The notes: a model not told the origin generated them from the sequence alone. A DNA stretch of 64,000 nt from Alphaproteobacteria bacterium (GCA_965261735.1 OZ253470.1:4896001-4960000), one strand, 5' to 3'; positions 19,719 to 30,700 are shown, counted from the stretch's first letter. Numbers and translations are program-made.

Positions 19719-21818
19719 ATGCGTCCCGAAATCCTCTTCCCCCTCTTCGCGCCCGTGTCCAGCCTGCCGGGCATCGGTCCGCGGTCGGGCAAGCTTATCG
19801 AAAAGCTCGCCGGGCCGCACGTCGTTGACCTTCTCTGGCACCTACCAACGGGACTCATCGATCGCCGCTTCTCGCCCAAGATAGCGGCTGCGCCCGATGG
19901 CGCCATCGCCACCATCCAGGTCGAGGTCGACGCACACATGGCCCCGCGCGGGCGCCGCCAGCCCTACAAGGTGCGCTGCTTCGACGATACCGGCACGCTC
20001 TACCTCGTCTTTTTCCACGCGCGGCCGGACTACCTCCAAAAGCTCCTCCCGGCGGGCGAGACTCGGGTCATCAGCGGTCGCATCGAACACTACGGGCGGG
20101 AGGTGCAGATGACCCACCCTGACCATATTGGGGCGCCCGCCGACCTTGCCAAGCTGCAGGCGGTCGAGCCCGTCTACGGATTGACCGAGGGTCTGTCGCC
20201 GAAGGTGCTCGGCCGGGCAATGCGTGCCGCGCTCGAGCGGGCGCCCGCGCTGGGCGAGTGGATCGACGCGGACTTCCTGGGGCGCAAGCGCTGGGACGAC
20301 TGGCGGTCGGCGCTACACACGGCCCATGCTCCGCAGTCGGAGGCCGACCTCGCGCCGCCGACGCGCGCGCGAGCCCGGCTCGCCTACGATGAGCTGCTGG
20401 CCAACCAGTTGGCGCTGGCGCTCGTTCGGCGCAGCTCGCGGCGGCGCCCGGGTCGGCGGACGCGCGGCGACGCGCGCCGTAGCGCCCTCGTGCGCGCCGC
20501 GCTCCCCTTTTCGCCGACGGCATCGCAAGAGGCGGCCCTCGCCGACATCGCCGCCGACATGGCCGCGCCGACGCCGATGCTGAGGCTCCTGCAGGGCGAC
20601 GTCGGCAGCGGCAAGACGGTGGTCGCACTGCTGGCCATGCTGATCGCCGTCGAGAGCGGCGCCCAGGCGGCTCTAATGGCGCCGACCGATCTCCTGGCCC
20701 GGCAGCACTTTTCCGTACTCGAGCCGCTGGCGCGGGCGGCGCAAGCGAGGATCGCGCTGCTCACCGGCCGCGACAAGGGCAAGGAGCGCACGAAGCGGCT
20801 CGGGGAACTCAGCGCCGGTGAGATCGACATTCTCGTTGGCACCCACGCACTGTTCCAGAAGGACGTGGCGTTTCGCGACCTGGCCTTGGTGGTGATCGAC
20901 GAACAGCACCGCTTCGGCGTGCGACAGCGGCTTGCGCTCGCCGACAAGAGCGCGTCGGCTAGCGGTCCCGATGCCGTCGATACGCTGCTCATGACCGCGA
21001 CGCCGATCCCGCGCACGCTGGCGCTCACCGTGTACGGCGACACCGAGGTCTCGCAGCTAACCGAAAAGCCGGCGGGCCGCAAGCCGATCGATACCCGCGC
21101 CATGCCGATCGGTCGCCTCGGGTCGGTGGTTGCCGCCGTGGCCCGCGCCGTCGAGGGCGGCGGGCGCGTCTATTGGGTATGCCCGTTGGTCGCCGACTCC
21201 GAGGACCTCGATCTCGCCGCCGCGGAAGCGCGCCACGACAGCCTCGTCGAGCGCTTCGGCGGCCGGGTCGGCCTGGTGCACGGGCGCCTAAAGAAAGGCG
21301 CGCGCGATGCCACCATGCAGGCTTTCGTCGACGGGGCGATCGACATCCTCGTCGCGACCACGATGATCGAGGTTGGGGTTGACGTCCCCGAGGCCACGGT
21401 AATGGTCATCGAACACGCTGAGCGCTTCGGCCTGGCGCAGCTCCATCAGCTACGCGGGCGCGTCGGCCGCGGTGCCGGCCAGGCGACCTGTCTGCTCCTG
21501 TACGCGACCCCGCTCGGCGAGACCGCCTGCGCGCGCATCAACATCCTGCGCCAGTCCGACGACGGCTTCTTCATCGCCGAGGAGGATCTGCGGCTACGTG
21601 GCTCCGGCGAGGTCCTCGGCGTCCGCCAGAGCGGGGCACCGCTCTTCCGCATCGCCGACATCGCCTATCACGCGGACCTGCTCGCCGTGGCTCGGGATCA
21701 AGCGCGCCTCGTGCTCGAGCGCGACCCCGAGCTCAAGGGCGCTCACGGCCGAGCGCTGCGCCACCTACTGTACCTGTTCGAGCGTGACGCGGCGGTTCGC
21801 ACCCTGCGCTCGGGTTAA
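19719..21818 (+). CDS. recG: ATP-dependent DNA helicase RecG
   Basis: QGDVGSGKT, DEQHRFG, TATPIPR, QLHQLRGRVGRG. Confidence 0.97.
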   Translation: MRPEILFPLFAPVSSLPGIGPRSGKLIEKLAGPHVVDLLWHLPTGLIDRRFSPKIAAAPDGAIATIQVEVDAHMAPRGRRQPYKVRCFDDTGTLYLVFFHARPDYLQKLLPAGETRVISGRIEHYGREVQMTHPDHIGAPADLAKLQAVEPVYGLTEGLSPKVLGRAMRAALERAPALGEWIDADFLGRKRWDDWRSALHTAHAPQSEADLAPPTRARARLAYDELLANQLALALVRRSSRRRPGRRTRGDARRSALVRAALPFSPTASQEAALADIAADMAAPTPMLRLLQGDVGSGKTVVALLAMLIAVESGAQAALMAPTDLLARQHFSVLEPLARAAQARIALLTGRDKGKERTKRLGELSAGEIDILVGTHALFQKDVAFRDLALVVIDEQHRFGVRQRLALADKSASASGPDAVDTLLMTATPIPRTLALTVYGDTEVSQLTEKPAGRKPIDTRAMPIGRLGSVVAAVARAVEGGGRVYWVCPLVADSEDLDLAAAEARHDSLVERFGGRVGLVHGRLKKGARDATMQAFVDGAIDILVATTMIEVGVDVPEATVMVIEHAERFGLAQLHQLRGRVGRGAGQATCLLLYATPLGETACARINILRQSDDGFFIAEEDLRLRGSGEVLGVRQSGAPLFRIADIAYHADLLAVARDQARLVLERDPELKGAHGRALRHLLYLFERDAAVRTLRSG

Positions 21819-21835
21819 TCCTCGGCCCTAGGCTC

Positions 21836-22594
21836 TCAGACGGCCTTTTCGGCGGCGCGATCGGGCGGCGGCTCGGCCGCTTCAGCCAGCTTGATCTCCT
21901 CCGCGCGCGAGTCTGGAGGCGTCACCAGTCCGCCGGAGATCACCATCTTGATCCCCTCCTCCACCGTCATGTCGAGGTGGATCAAGTCATCGCGCGGGAC
22001 GAGGAGGAGGAAGCCCGACGTCGGATTCGGGGTCGTCGGCAGGAAGATGTTGACGACCTCCTCTCGAATGAGACGCTGGGCCTCTCCTTGGGTCGTGCTG
22101 GTGACGAAGGCGAACGCCCACAATCCCTGCCGGGGATACTCGACCAGCACGACCTCGCGGAACGATTTCGACGACTGAGCGAGTACGGTCTCGAATATCT
22201 GCTTGAGCGCACCGTAGACACTGCGCACGATCGGCATGCGCGCGACCATGCGCTCGCCGATGCCGACGATGGTGCGGCCGAGGACGTTGGCGGCAATAGC
22301 GCCGATGAGGGTGAGTGCGACGATCGCGACGACGAGCCCGAGGCCGGGCACATCGACGGGTAGATAGGTATCCGGATTCAGCCACTCGGGGATCAGCGGC
22401 TTGACGCGGTCGTCTACGAACGAGACGAACAGCTGCGCTACATAGACCGTGATACCTATGGGCGCCGCGACGACGATGCCGGTAAGGAAGTAAGTCCTGA
22501 GCCGACGCCACAGGCTCGGCTTGACCGGCAACAACAGCTGCGGCCGGGGAGGCGCGCCGGGGGAACCGCGGTCGTCGCTTAGATCGTCATTCAT
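21836..22594 (-). CDS. DUF502 membrane protein
   Basis: YFLTG, VEYPR, FLPTTPNPTSG. Confidence 0.9.
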   Translation of the reverse strand: MNDDLSDDRGSPGAPPRPQLLLPVKPSLWRRLRTYFLTGIVVAAPIGITVYVAQLFVSFVDDRVKPLIPEWLNPDTYLPVDVPGLGLVVAIVALTLIGAIAANVLGRTIVGIGERMVARMPIVRSVYGALKQIFETVLAQSSKSFREVVLVEYPRQGLWAFAFVTSTTQGEAQRLIREEVVNIFLPTTPNPTSGFLLLVPRDDLIHLDMTVEEGIKMVISGGLVTPPDSRAEEIKLAEAAEPPPDRAAEKAV

Positions 22595-22829
22595 CGCACC
22601 ACCATGGCATCGGCACGCCGAGGCTGTCGGCCCGCGACCGCCTGCAAGTATCCGCGGGTCGCTCTCAATCGCCCATCTGCGCTCTAGTATACGACCCCCA
22701 CGGGCCGTTTCGGAAATCGAGCTTGCGCGATGCCGCGATCGAGCACTTCGCGGCGGCTCGGAAAGCGGGTAGACTCGGCATCGTCCATCGTGCCGCAAGC
22801 ACGCTGGTGCATCCGGCAAGATCTGACCG

Positions 22830-23876
22830 ATGATCCCCATACCCCGAGTTCTGTCGCTGGCCACCGCGGTCCCACCGCACGTCCTTAGGCAAGAAGATGT
22901 GATGCCCGCGGCCTTGGAGCTCTTCGTGGGCTCGAGCGATCGCTTTTCACAGCTCCAGGCAGTCTATACCAACGCCAACATCGACACTCGTTACTCATGT
23001 GTCCCGCTGTCGTGGTACCGCGAGCCGCACGACTTCACCGAGCGCAACCGACTTTACGTCGAGAACGCCGTCGATCTTCTCGAGCGTGCCGCCGTTTTGT
23101 GCATCGAACGGGCGGGGTTGGGGATCGCGGATGTCGACGGGATTGTCGTCGCCTCGAGCACCGGGATTGCGACGCCAACGCTGGACGCACTGCTGATGGA
23201 GCGCCTGAAGATGCGCCGCGACCTGCGCCGGCTGCCGATCTTCGGCCTCGGATGTGCGGGCGGCGTTATCGGCATGGCCCGCGCCGCGGCGCAGGCGCGC
23301 GCCGAGCCCGATCTGCGTATCCTGTTCCTCGTGGTCGAGCTGTGCGGGTTGACGTTCCGCTTTCGCGACCGCAGCAAGAGCAACATCATCGCCACGGCCC
23401 TCTTCGGCGACGGTGCCGCGGGTGCCCTCATCAGCTGCTCGGGAAGCGGGCCCGCGATCGTCGGCTGGAGCGAACACACTTTCCCCGACTCGCTGGACGT
23501 TATGGGTTGGGACGTGCGCAACGACGGGCTCGCGATCGTCTTTTCGCGCCATATTCCGGCGCTGATCCGCGACGAGATGCGCAGCACCGCCAGCGAATGC
23601 CTCGCGCGCCAGGGGCTGAGCCTGAAGGACATAGACTGCTACGTCTGCCATCCCGGCGGGGCCAAGGTGCTCGATGCCCTCGAGGAGGTATTCGGGCTGC
23701 CACCGGGCGGGCTCGTGCACTCGCGCCGGGTGCTGCGCGCGTTCGGCAACATGTCGGCGGCAACGGTCCTCTTCGTGCTCGAGGAGGCGCTCGCCGCGGG
23801 CAGCGCCCGACGCTACCTGTTGTCGAGCCTGGGCCCGGGCTTTACCGCCGGCTTCCTCACCCTCGAGGCGGCGTGA
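22830..23876 (+). CDS. Type III polyketide synthase
   Basis: Cys-His-Asn triad in GLGCAGG, HPGG and GNMS. Also LFGDG and GPGF. Confidence 0.95.
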   Translation: MIPIPRVLSLATAVPPHVLRQEDVMPAALELFVGSSDRFSQLQAVYTNANIDTRYSCVPLSWYREPHDFTERNRLYVENAVDLLERAAVLCIERAGLGIADVDGIVVASSTGIATPTLDALLMERLKMRRDLRRLPIFGLGCAGGVIGMARAAAQARAEPDLRILFLVVELCGLTFRFRDRSKSNIIATALFGDGAAGALISCSGSGPAIVGWSEHTFPDSLDVMGWDVRNDGLAIVFSRHIPALIRDEMRSTASECLARQGLSLKDIDCYVCHPGGAKVLDALEEVFGLPPGGLVHSRRVLRAFGNMSAATVLFVLEEALAAGSARRYLLSSLGPGFTAGFLTLEAA

Positions 23877-24382
23877 CCGCGGTCACGATCGTCGTCCTCC
23901 TCGTCGCCCTGCAACGACTCGCCGAGCTCGTCTACGCCCGGCGCAATACGACCCGGTTGCTCGCCGCGGGCGGCATCGAGCACGGCGCGCGCCACTACCG
24001 CCTGTTCGTCGTGCTGCACGGCGGCTGGCTCATCGCCGTTTTCGCCTTCGCGGACCCGGCGGCGCCCTTGAGCGCTCCTCTGCTCGTGCTGTTCGTCGCC
24101 CTGCAGGTCGCGCGTCTCTGGGTTATCGCGAGTCTCGGCCGCTACTGGACCACGCGCGTCATTACCGTCCCCGGCGCACCACTCATCCGCCACGGACCCT
24201 ACCGCTTCATGCGCCACCCCAATTACGCGATCGTCGTCGCGGAGATTGCCGTGCTCCCCCTAGTATTCGGAGAGTGGGCGCTTGCGCTGGTGTTCTCGGC
24301 GCTCAACCTCGCGTTGCTACGCTACCGCATCCGCGTCGAGAACGTCGCGCTCGCCGAACGAGTCGCGACGGGGCCGGGCTGA
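23873..24382 (+). CDS. Isoprenylcysteine carboxyl methyltransferase family protein (SrsB/BpsB-like)
   Basis: GTGA overlap with the PKS. QRLAEL, GPYRFMRHPNY, RIRVEN. Confidence 0.92.
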   Translation: MTAVTIVVLLVALQRLAELVYARRNTTRLLAAGGIEHGARHYRLFVVLHGGWLIAVFAFADPAAPLSAPLLVLFVALQVARLWVIASLGRYWTTRVITVPGAPLIRHGPYRFMRHPNYAIVVAEIAVLPLVFGEWALALVFSALNLALLRYRIRVENVALAERVATGPG

Positions 24383-24444
24383 CCGCTTGGCAGCACAGCG
24401 CGCAATAAGTTAGATTACGGCCCAGCGAGACCAGGGGGCGAAGT

Positions 24445-24969
24445 GTGCGGGCAGGGGGATTGACCATACGTTTGGTCGCTGCGGTCGCGGGCATCGTGTT
24501 CGCCGCCTGCATCGCGGGGCCTGCTCGCGCCGACTTCGAGAGCGCCGTCGCCGCCTACGAGGCCGGGGATTACGCCGCCGCCATCGCCGAGTTCCGCCGC
24601 GAGTCGGAGCGCGGTCAGGCCGCCGCCGATTTCATGCTCGGTGTCATATACTTCTACGGCAGGGGCGTGGCGCGCGACGACGGTATCGCCGCCGTATGGT
24701 TCCACAAGGCCGCCGGCAAGGGTTACGCGGGCGCGCAGCTCGCCTACGGATCACTCCATGTTCGCGGGGTCGGTGTTCGCCGCGACCCCTTCGCGGCATA
24801 CTTCTGGCTCACCCTGGCCGGCGACAGCGGGATTGCCGGCCTCCAGCAGCAGGCCATCGTGCTGCGCGATGACGCGGCACGCACGCTCACGCCATCGGAA
24901 ATCGAGCGGGCCCAGCGCCAGGCCGGGCGCTGGAAGCCGACCAGAGCGGGGCTCGTGATCCAGAACTAG
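24445..24969 (+). CDS. Secreted Sel1-repeat protein
   Basis: Signal peptide, LGVIYFYGRGV, WFHKAA, AYFWLTLA. Confidence 0.88.
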   Translation: MRAGGLTIRLVAAVAGIVFAACIAGPARADFESAVAAYEAGDYAAAIAEFRRESERGQAAADFMLGVIYFYGRGVARDDGIAAVWFHKAAGKGYAGAQLAYGSLHVRGVGVRRDPFAAYFWLTLAGDSGIAGLQQQAIVLRDDAARTLTPSEIERAQRQAGRWKPTRAGLVIQN

Positions 24970-24986
24970 AGGCGCGCGCCTCCCTG

Positions 24987-26660
24987 TTACTCGAACAGCG
25001 ATGGGTTGGCGCCGATGCCGCCCCGATTCCAGATCGCCACGAACCGGCTGCGAAAGGGCTGCACGAACTCTGGCCCCGTTTCGGACACGACTGGCGCCTC
25101 GCGGTGATAGACGATGACGCGCCCGTCGGGGTGGCGAGCTAGCCAGCTCGCCAAGTTCTCGCGCGCGAGGATCGCGATCGGCCGCTCGAGACGGCCGATA
25201 AAATGATACTGGCCATGGTATTTCCAGAGCTGGGCCAGGGGCCGGCCCGCGTCCTCGTGAGCCGCCAGGCGGACCGCCGCGGGTCTGAGGTCGAAGTGGA
25301 CGGCCACCGCTCGCGCACCGAAAACGTGGACAACCGCCACGAGCAGCAGCATCAGCAGCGCCGGCTGGAGCGCACCGGGAGCGTCGGCGCGCGGCCTGAA
25401 GACGGCGGCGAGGGCGCCCGCGCCGACGAGGATCAAGCCGGGCCAGGGCGTAAGCACCGGGGCCCAAAGGGAGGTGCCAATTCGGACCTGTGCCTCGGTA
25501 TCGGCGGCGACCCAAGCCGCGAGCGCCAACCACGCCAAACCAAGCGCCGCGAAGGCCGCGCCCGGCACCACATACTCGTCCCGCCGGCCGGCACCGGCGT
25601 ACGCGGACAGCGCGCGCGCACCGATGAGTGCCAGCGCCGGTATGAGCGGTAACGCATAGTGCGGCTGCTTGCCGCTGATGAAGGACAGCAAGACGAAGGC
25701 CGCGGCCGCCCATGCGAGACAGAACCGGACGCCCTCGTCGCCCCAGCGTAGCGAGCGCAGCGCGCGCCACAGCCGCGGCCAGATCAGCCACGGCAGCAGC
25801 GACAACGGCACGAACAGGACATAGCTCCATAGCGGGCGTCCGTGCGCGAAGGAGTCGGCAATGCGGCCCGTGGTCTGGCCCCAGAGGATCGCCCGCCCGT
25901 AGTCGGGGCCGCCCGCCAACGCTGCCGGCACGGCCCAGCCGAAGGCGACCAGCGCACAAACCGCGAGCGCGGCAAAGGCGCCGAGGTACCATCGGAGCCA
26001 TCCACGGTTGGGCGGCTCATCGCACCACCACGGAGCGAGCAGCGCCGCCGGCAGCGTGAAGACGAGGATGACGGGACCCTTGGTGAGCACGCCCACCCCC
26101 ATGGCCAGCCCCGCGATCAGCCAGCCGGCCGGCACCGAGCGCCGCCGGGCCAGCGCTATCCCCGTCAGCGCCACGAGCGCGAACAGGGTGACCAGCGTGT
26201 CGAACATCGCCACGGTCATGGTCACCGCAAACAACAGGCTGCCGAGCACGACGATCGGCGCGAGGCGTGCCGCCTTGGCATCCGCCGGCCACAACAGCCG
26301 GGCAAGCACGTAGGTCGCGAACAGGCTCGCGAGTCCCGACAGCGGGGCGACCAGGCGCAGCCACAGCTCGCTCACGCCGAACACCCACCACCCTGCCGTG
26401 ATCAGCCAGAACAGGACCGGCGGTTTGTGGCTGTAGGTCTCGCCGTTGAGGTGGGGAACCAGAGAGTCGCCGCCGAGCCACATCTCCCAGGCGACGGCGG
26501 CGTAGCGCGTTTCGTCGATCGGCAGGAGCGGCCGCATCGCCAGTGCGACGACGACGGTGCCCGCCCACAGGCCGGTCCACAGCGCCGCGGCCCAGAAAGC
26601 GCGTGCACCGCCCGGGTCCGGCAGGCCGCGGGAGGCGCCGGCGTCGGGGGCGGCCCTCAT
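24987..26660 (-). CDS. ArnT/PMT-family (GT-C) glycosyltransferase
   Basis: DETRY, HKPP, LTKGP, GKQPHY, many TM segments. Confidence 0.9.
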   Translation of the reverse strand: MRAAPDAGASRGLPDPGGARAFWAAALWTGLWAGTVVVALAMRPLLPIDETRYAAVAWEMWLGGDSLVPHLNGETYSHKPPVLFWLITAGWWVFGVSELWLRLVAPLSGLASLFATYVLARLLWPADAKAARLAPIVVLGSLLFAVTMTVAMFDTLVTLFALVALTGIALARRRSVPAGWLIAGLAMGVGVLTKGPVILVFTLPAALLAPWWCDEPPNRGWLRWYLGAFAALAVCALVAFGWAVPAALAGGPDYGRAILWGQTTGRIADSFAHGRPLWSYVLFVPLSLLPWLIWPRLWRALRSLRWGDEGVRFCLAWAAAAFVLLSFISGKQPHYALPLIPALALIGARALSAYAGAGRRDEYVVPGAAFAALGLAWLALAAWVAADTEAQVRIGTSLWAPVLTPWPGLILVGAGALAAVFRPRADAPGALQPALLMLLLVAVVHVFGARAVAVHFDLRPAAVRLAAHEDAGRPLAQLWKYHGQYHFIGRLERPIAILARENLASWLARHPDGRVIVYHREAPVVSETGPEFVQPFRSRFVAIWNRGGIGANPSLFE

Positions 26661-26938
26661 CCTCCGGCGACGCGTGCCCGTCGCTCGCGGAAAATGAGAT
26701 GAATGTTGCGGCTGTAAACGAACAGGCCGCCAAACTGTCCAACGATGAACACCGGGTCCATGCGAAACAGGGCGTAGGCCAGCAGCGTCGCGCCGCCGGC
26801 CAGCCGCAGGTACCAAAAGACATGCGGAATCATGCTGCGCCCCTTGCGCTCACTCTGCACCCATTGGACGGCAAAGCTCGACGCGAACAACGCCTGTCCG
26901 AGAAAGCCGACCGCGATCCAGATCGGATTCGCGTCCAT
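26657..26938 (-). CDS. LAB_N (lipid A biosynthesis N-terminal domain) small membrane protein
   Basis: GFLGQALF, QWVQSE, FWY, DPVFIVGQ, YSRN. Confidence 0.88.
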   Translation of the reverse strand: MDANPIWIAVGFLGQALFASSFAVQWVQSERKGRSMIPHVFWYLRLAGGATLLAYALFRMDPVFIVGQFGGLFVYSRNIHLIFRERRARVAGG

Positions 26939-26941
26939 GGA

Positions 26942-27805
26942 CTACTCCTCTTGCGGTGTATCTCGTGCCGTTTCCGGCGGGGTCTCGACGAACAGCTCCT
27001 GTGCATCGGCCTGGGCCAGCGTTCGCCGTTGAAGCCACTTCACGCCGAGCAAATCGATGACGCCCACGGACAGGCGATCGAAAACGCCGTAGTGCGTCCG
27101 GCCGGTACGCCGCGCGCGGTGGGTCACGTCGATCAACGTTACGCTGCCGCCGGCGCTGAGGAACAGGGCGGGCAGGAAGCGGTGCGCGTGGTCGAACGCC
27201 GGCAGCGCCAGGAACGCGTCCCTCGCAAACAGCTTGAGGCCGCACCCCGTATCGGGAGTCCGGTCGTCGAGCCATCGGCTGCGTACCCCATTAGCGATGC
27301 GCGAAGACACGCGCTTGGTCAGGCTGTCGCGGCGCTTGCGCCGTTGGCCGGCGACGAGCCGCGGCTCGCGATCCGGCGCCCCATCGTCCCACGCCGCGCG
27401 GAGGCGTGCGATATCGGCCGGGTCATTCTGTCCGTCGCCATCGAAGGTCGCGACGAGCGGCGCCCGCGCAGCGCGCACGCCGCTCCAAATAGCGGCGGTC
27501 TGGCCCCGCCTCGCGCCATGTCGTAGGCACCGCAGCTGGGCGTGTCGGCGTGCTGCCACGCCCAGGACCGTGGCCGTGTCATCGCTGCTGCAATCGTCCA
27601 CGACGATGATCTCGTAGCTCGCTCCGCCTCCCAGGGCCGACGCAATCTCGTCGATGAGACCTAGGAGCGCGGCGGATTCGTTGTGGGCGGGCACGACCAC
27701 GGACAGCTCCACCGGCGCCGCCGCGGCCGCGCGCTGCGGTGCCGGGGCGATCGTCACGGCTGGTCCCGGTTCCGCGTTCGCCAATCTGCTGAGTCGACCC
27801 GTCAT
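26942..27805 (-). CDS. GT2 polyprenol-phosphate glycosyltransferase
   Basis: SVVVPAHNE, VDDCSSD, DGDGQNDP, DTGCGLK, HRFLP. Start uncertain. Confidence 0.92.
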   Translation of the reverse strand: MTGRLSRLANAEPGPAVTIAPAPQRAAAAAPVELSVVVPAHNESAALLGLIDEIASALGGGASYEIIVVDDCSSDDTATVLGVAARRHAQLRCLRHGARRGQTAAIWSGVRAARAPLVATFDGDGQNDPADIARLRAAWDDGAPDREPRLVAGQRRKRRDSLTKRVSSRIANGVRSRWLDDRTPDTGCGLKLFARDAFLALPAFDHAHRFLPALFLSAGGSVTLIDVTHRARRTGRTHYGVFDRLSVGVIDLLGVKWLQRRTLAQADAQELFVETPPETARDTPQEE

Positions 27806-27957
27806 CCCTGTCGCCGCTACTGGGAGGGTGCCGCGATATAGCACGCCGAGTCGTGGTGCGAACACCAGATATTGCTGAGGGGCTGAGGGTGTTCGCTGTC
27901 ACGTTACGTCACGCAATTGATTGACATGGCAGGGCAAGGTGTTGTTAACCCTCATTC

Positions 27958-29008
27958 CTTGCCTATCCGGTTTACACCCACACCCACTAGGGCTAGAATG
28001 GGCGCAACCCGGATATAGGGGAGCGCGCCATGGATGTTCTCGACCGCGCCGATCTCCCATTCCCGCATTCGCTACCCGAGTTCCAGCGACTTTTCCCCGA
28101 TGATGCGGCCTGCGCCGCCTACCTGGAGAAAGCCCGCTGGGGAGACGGCTTTGCCTGCCCGCACTGCCGCAAGTGCCGCCAGAACACCGGGCTGACGGTG
28201 GGAACAGTGATGGAGCGTAGCCACACTCCGCTGAACGTCTGGTTCTGGGCCGCTTATCTGGTCGCCAGTCAGACGCCCGGCATGTCCGCCGTGCAGTTTC
28301 AGCGGCAACTTGGTCTTTCGCGCTACGAGACGGCCTTTCAAATTCTCCACAAGCTCCGCTCGGGCATGGTGCGGCCCAACCAAGACAGGATCGGTGGACA
28401 GCCCAAGAACCATGTTGAGGTGGACGAAACCTGGGTTGGCGGGCGAACGCGTGGGGAAGGCCGTGGTGTTCACCACAAGGTTCCCGTCTCCTGTGCCATC
28501 GAGGTGCGTCATCGAAAGCCGGGCACCAAGCTCGACAACCGGAAAGACGGACGCTATGCCGGACGCGTTCGGCTCGCCGTCGTGCTCGACCGTAGCGCCG
28601 AGTCGCTCTGTGGGTTCGTCGAGAGCACCGTCGCGCCGCGATCGCTGATCGTTACTGACGATTGGAGCGGCTATGCTGGCCTCGGTAAGCGCGGCTATGA
28701 GCACTTCGCTGTTGCCGAGTGTGGTGATCCAGAGGTTGCCGAGCAATACCTGCCGATCATCCATCTGGTTTTCGCCAACCTGAAGACGTGGCTGATCGGT
28801 ATCCACCACGGCGTTAGCCACCAGCACCTACAAGCCTACCTCAACGAGTTCACCTTCCGCTTCAACAGGCGGTTCTACCCGTTCAACGCCTTCCGCTCAT
28901 TGCTCGGCATCGCGGGCGACACCTCTGCTCCAACCTATGCCGAGCTTTACTCGGGAGAGTGGTGGCACCCTACATGTAGCGGTCATGGGCGTTAACCGGA
29001 TAGGCAAG
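27958..29008 (+). mobile_element. IS1595-A copy 3 (54-bp in-frame deletion in the transposase 28030-28995)
   Basis: Both IRs cttgcctatccggtt. 8-bp TSD cctcattc at 27950-27957 and 29009-29016. Confidence 0.96.
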
Positions 29009-29033
29009 CCTCATTCTCCATAACTTGCGTGAC

Positions 29034-29770
29034 ATGTTGACGGACACGAACACAGGTTTCGAGCGCGCGCACGCGGCGCCAAGCGGACTGATGCGCGCCG
29101 CCTGCGTGGCGGTGATCGCGACGGTGGGGGTCGCTGCCGCCGCGTCTGCCGAACCAGCCCTGCGCCTCGCCGCCATCGCGACCGAGGAAGCTGGGCGCGT
29201 CGCGGTGCCGCCTCTACAGCGGGCGCTCATCCGCCGCGTTCAAGAGACGCTCGCCGAGCTCGGCTACTACACCGGCCCTCTCGACGGCGTCGTGAACCGT
29301 CGCACAGGCGAGGCGATCCGGCTCTATCAGCGCCGCAGCAAACTCGAGGTTGACGGCCGCGCCACCAAGGAGCTGCTCAACCCGACTACGCCTTGAGCCG
29401 GATAGCCATCGCGTTCATCGCCGTCGAGGCGCTGCCGAGGGCGGTCGAGATCGCGAGCCAGATTACCGATTCGCGCCTCGGCGCCGATGCGTTCTGGAGT
29501 ATCGCGGCCGCTCAGAGGCGGAGCGGCGATACGGCGGGCTTGGGGCGCACCGACGCCCTTGCCGCCAACGCCATGGCCGACATCAAGAGCCCGCTCGACC
29601 GCGCCTGGGTCTGGAGCAATCTCGCCTCGACCCATGCACGCGCCGGTGACCGGGCGGCCGCCGAGAGGGCGTTTACCCAAGCGCTCGCCGTGGCCCGGGA
29701 CATTACCAGCCCGTGGGCACGCACGCAGGCCCTAGCCAAAGTCGCCGCGACCCTCATAGACTTGCAATAG
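29034..29770 (+). pseudogene. Peptidoglycan-binding domain + helical repeat protein, split near 29385
   Basis: VQETLAELGY..GPLDG...AIRLYQ...LEVDG, then TPR-like repeats in another frame. Confidence 0.7.
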
Positions 29771-29804
29771 TCGGCAGTCGCCGGAGGCCCGACGGAGGGA
29801 CGCC

Positions 29805-30245
29805 ATGGCGCCGTGGCGCATCAGCGCGATCGATCATGTCGTGTTGCGCGTTGCCGATAGCGAGCGTGCCGTACGCTTCTATTGCGATGTGCTGGGATGC
29901 GAGGAGGAGCGCCGGCTGGCCGAGGCCGGTCTGGTGCAGCTGCGCGCCGGCGCCTCGCTCATCGACATCGTCGGCATCGACTCGCCGATCGGGCGCAAGC
30001 TCGGCGCGGGGCCAGCGCGTGAAGGCCGCAACATGGATCATTTCGCCATCCAAATAGAGGGATTCGATGCCGCGGCCGTGGCGCGTTATCTCGAGAGTCA
30101 TGGTGTGAAGGTCGGCGATGTCGCCGACCGCTATGGCGCCGGGGGCGTGGGGCCATCGATCTATCTCACCGACCCCGACGGCAACACCGTCGAGCTCAAG
30201 GGCTCGCCCTATCCCGGCACCCGCGTGGAGCGCCCCACCGGCTAG
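29805..30245 (+). CDS. VOC/glyoxalase family protein
   Basis: IDHVVLRV, DHFAI, DPDGNTVEL. Confidence 0.9.
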   Translation: MAPWRISAIDHVVLRVADSERAVRFYCDVLGCEEERRLAEAGLVQLRAGASLIDIVGIDSPIGRKLGAGPAREGRNMDHFAIQIEGFDAAAVARYLESHGVKVGDVADRYGAGGVGPSIYLTDPDGNTVELKGSPYPGTRVERPTG

Positions 30246-30255
30246 CGTGGCGGCG

Positions 30256-30663
30256 CTACCCCGAGGGGTCGTCGTGGGAGCGTATTTGCGTGCCCTCGCC
30301 CGCCGTGATGAAAATCATATCGCCCGGCTCGTGGATGATGATCCGGTGCCACACGCCCTTGGCGAGGACGCATGCCTTGCCCGCGGCCAGAGCCACGTGG
30401 CGCTCCCCGTTTCCCTCCTCGAAAACCACATCCGCCGACCCGGACTGCAGGTACAGGACCTCGTCGCCTTGTGGATGCATCTCCCAGTGCGTCGTGCCCT
30501 TGTCGGCGTGGAAAGCGGTCACCAGGCGCCCCTCGAGGTAGCGCTCGCCCGCCATCAGCTCGCTCCAGAACTCGGCTGTGCATTCGACGGGCGCGGCCGC
30601 GCCGCCATCCGCAAGGTGCACGTACGTGTCGACGAGATCGAATGCCCCCGGCCGCGGCGCCAT
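30256..30663 (-). CDS. Cupin domain protein
   Basis: WEMHPQGDE...GVWH. Confidence 0.88.
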   Translation of the reverse strand: MAPRPGAFDLVDTYVHLADGGAAAPVECTAEFWSELMAGERYLEGRLVTAFHADKGTTHWEMHPQGDEVLYLQSGSADVVFEEGNGERHVALAAGKACVLAKGVWHRIIIHEPGDMIFITAGEGTQIRSHDDPSG

Positions 30664-30700
30664 TGATTTCATCCCTTCGCGAGCTGCCCGGAACCTCGGG

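Noticed and set aside
26657-26938. Possible lpxB
   Set aside because: Only the small LAB_N membrane domain is present, with no synthase domain.
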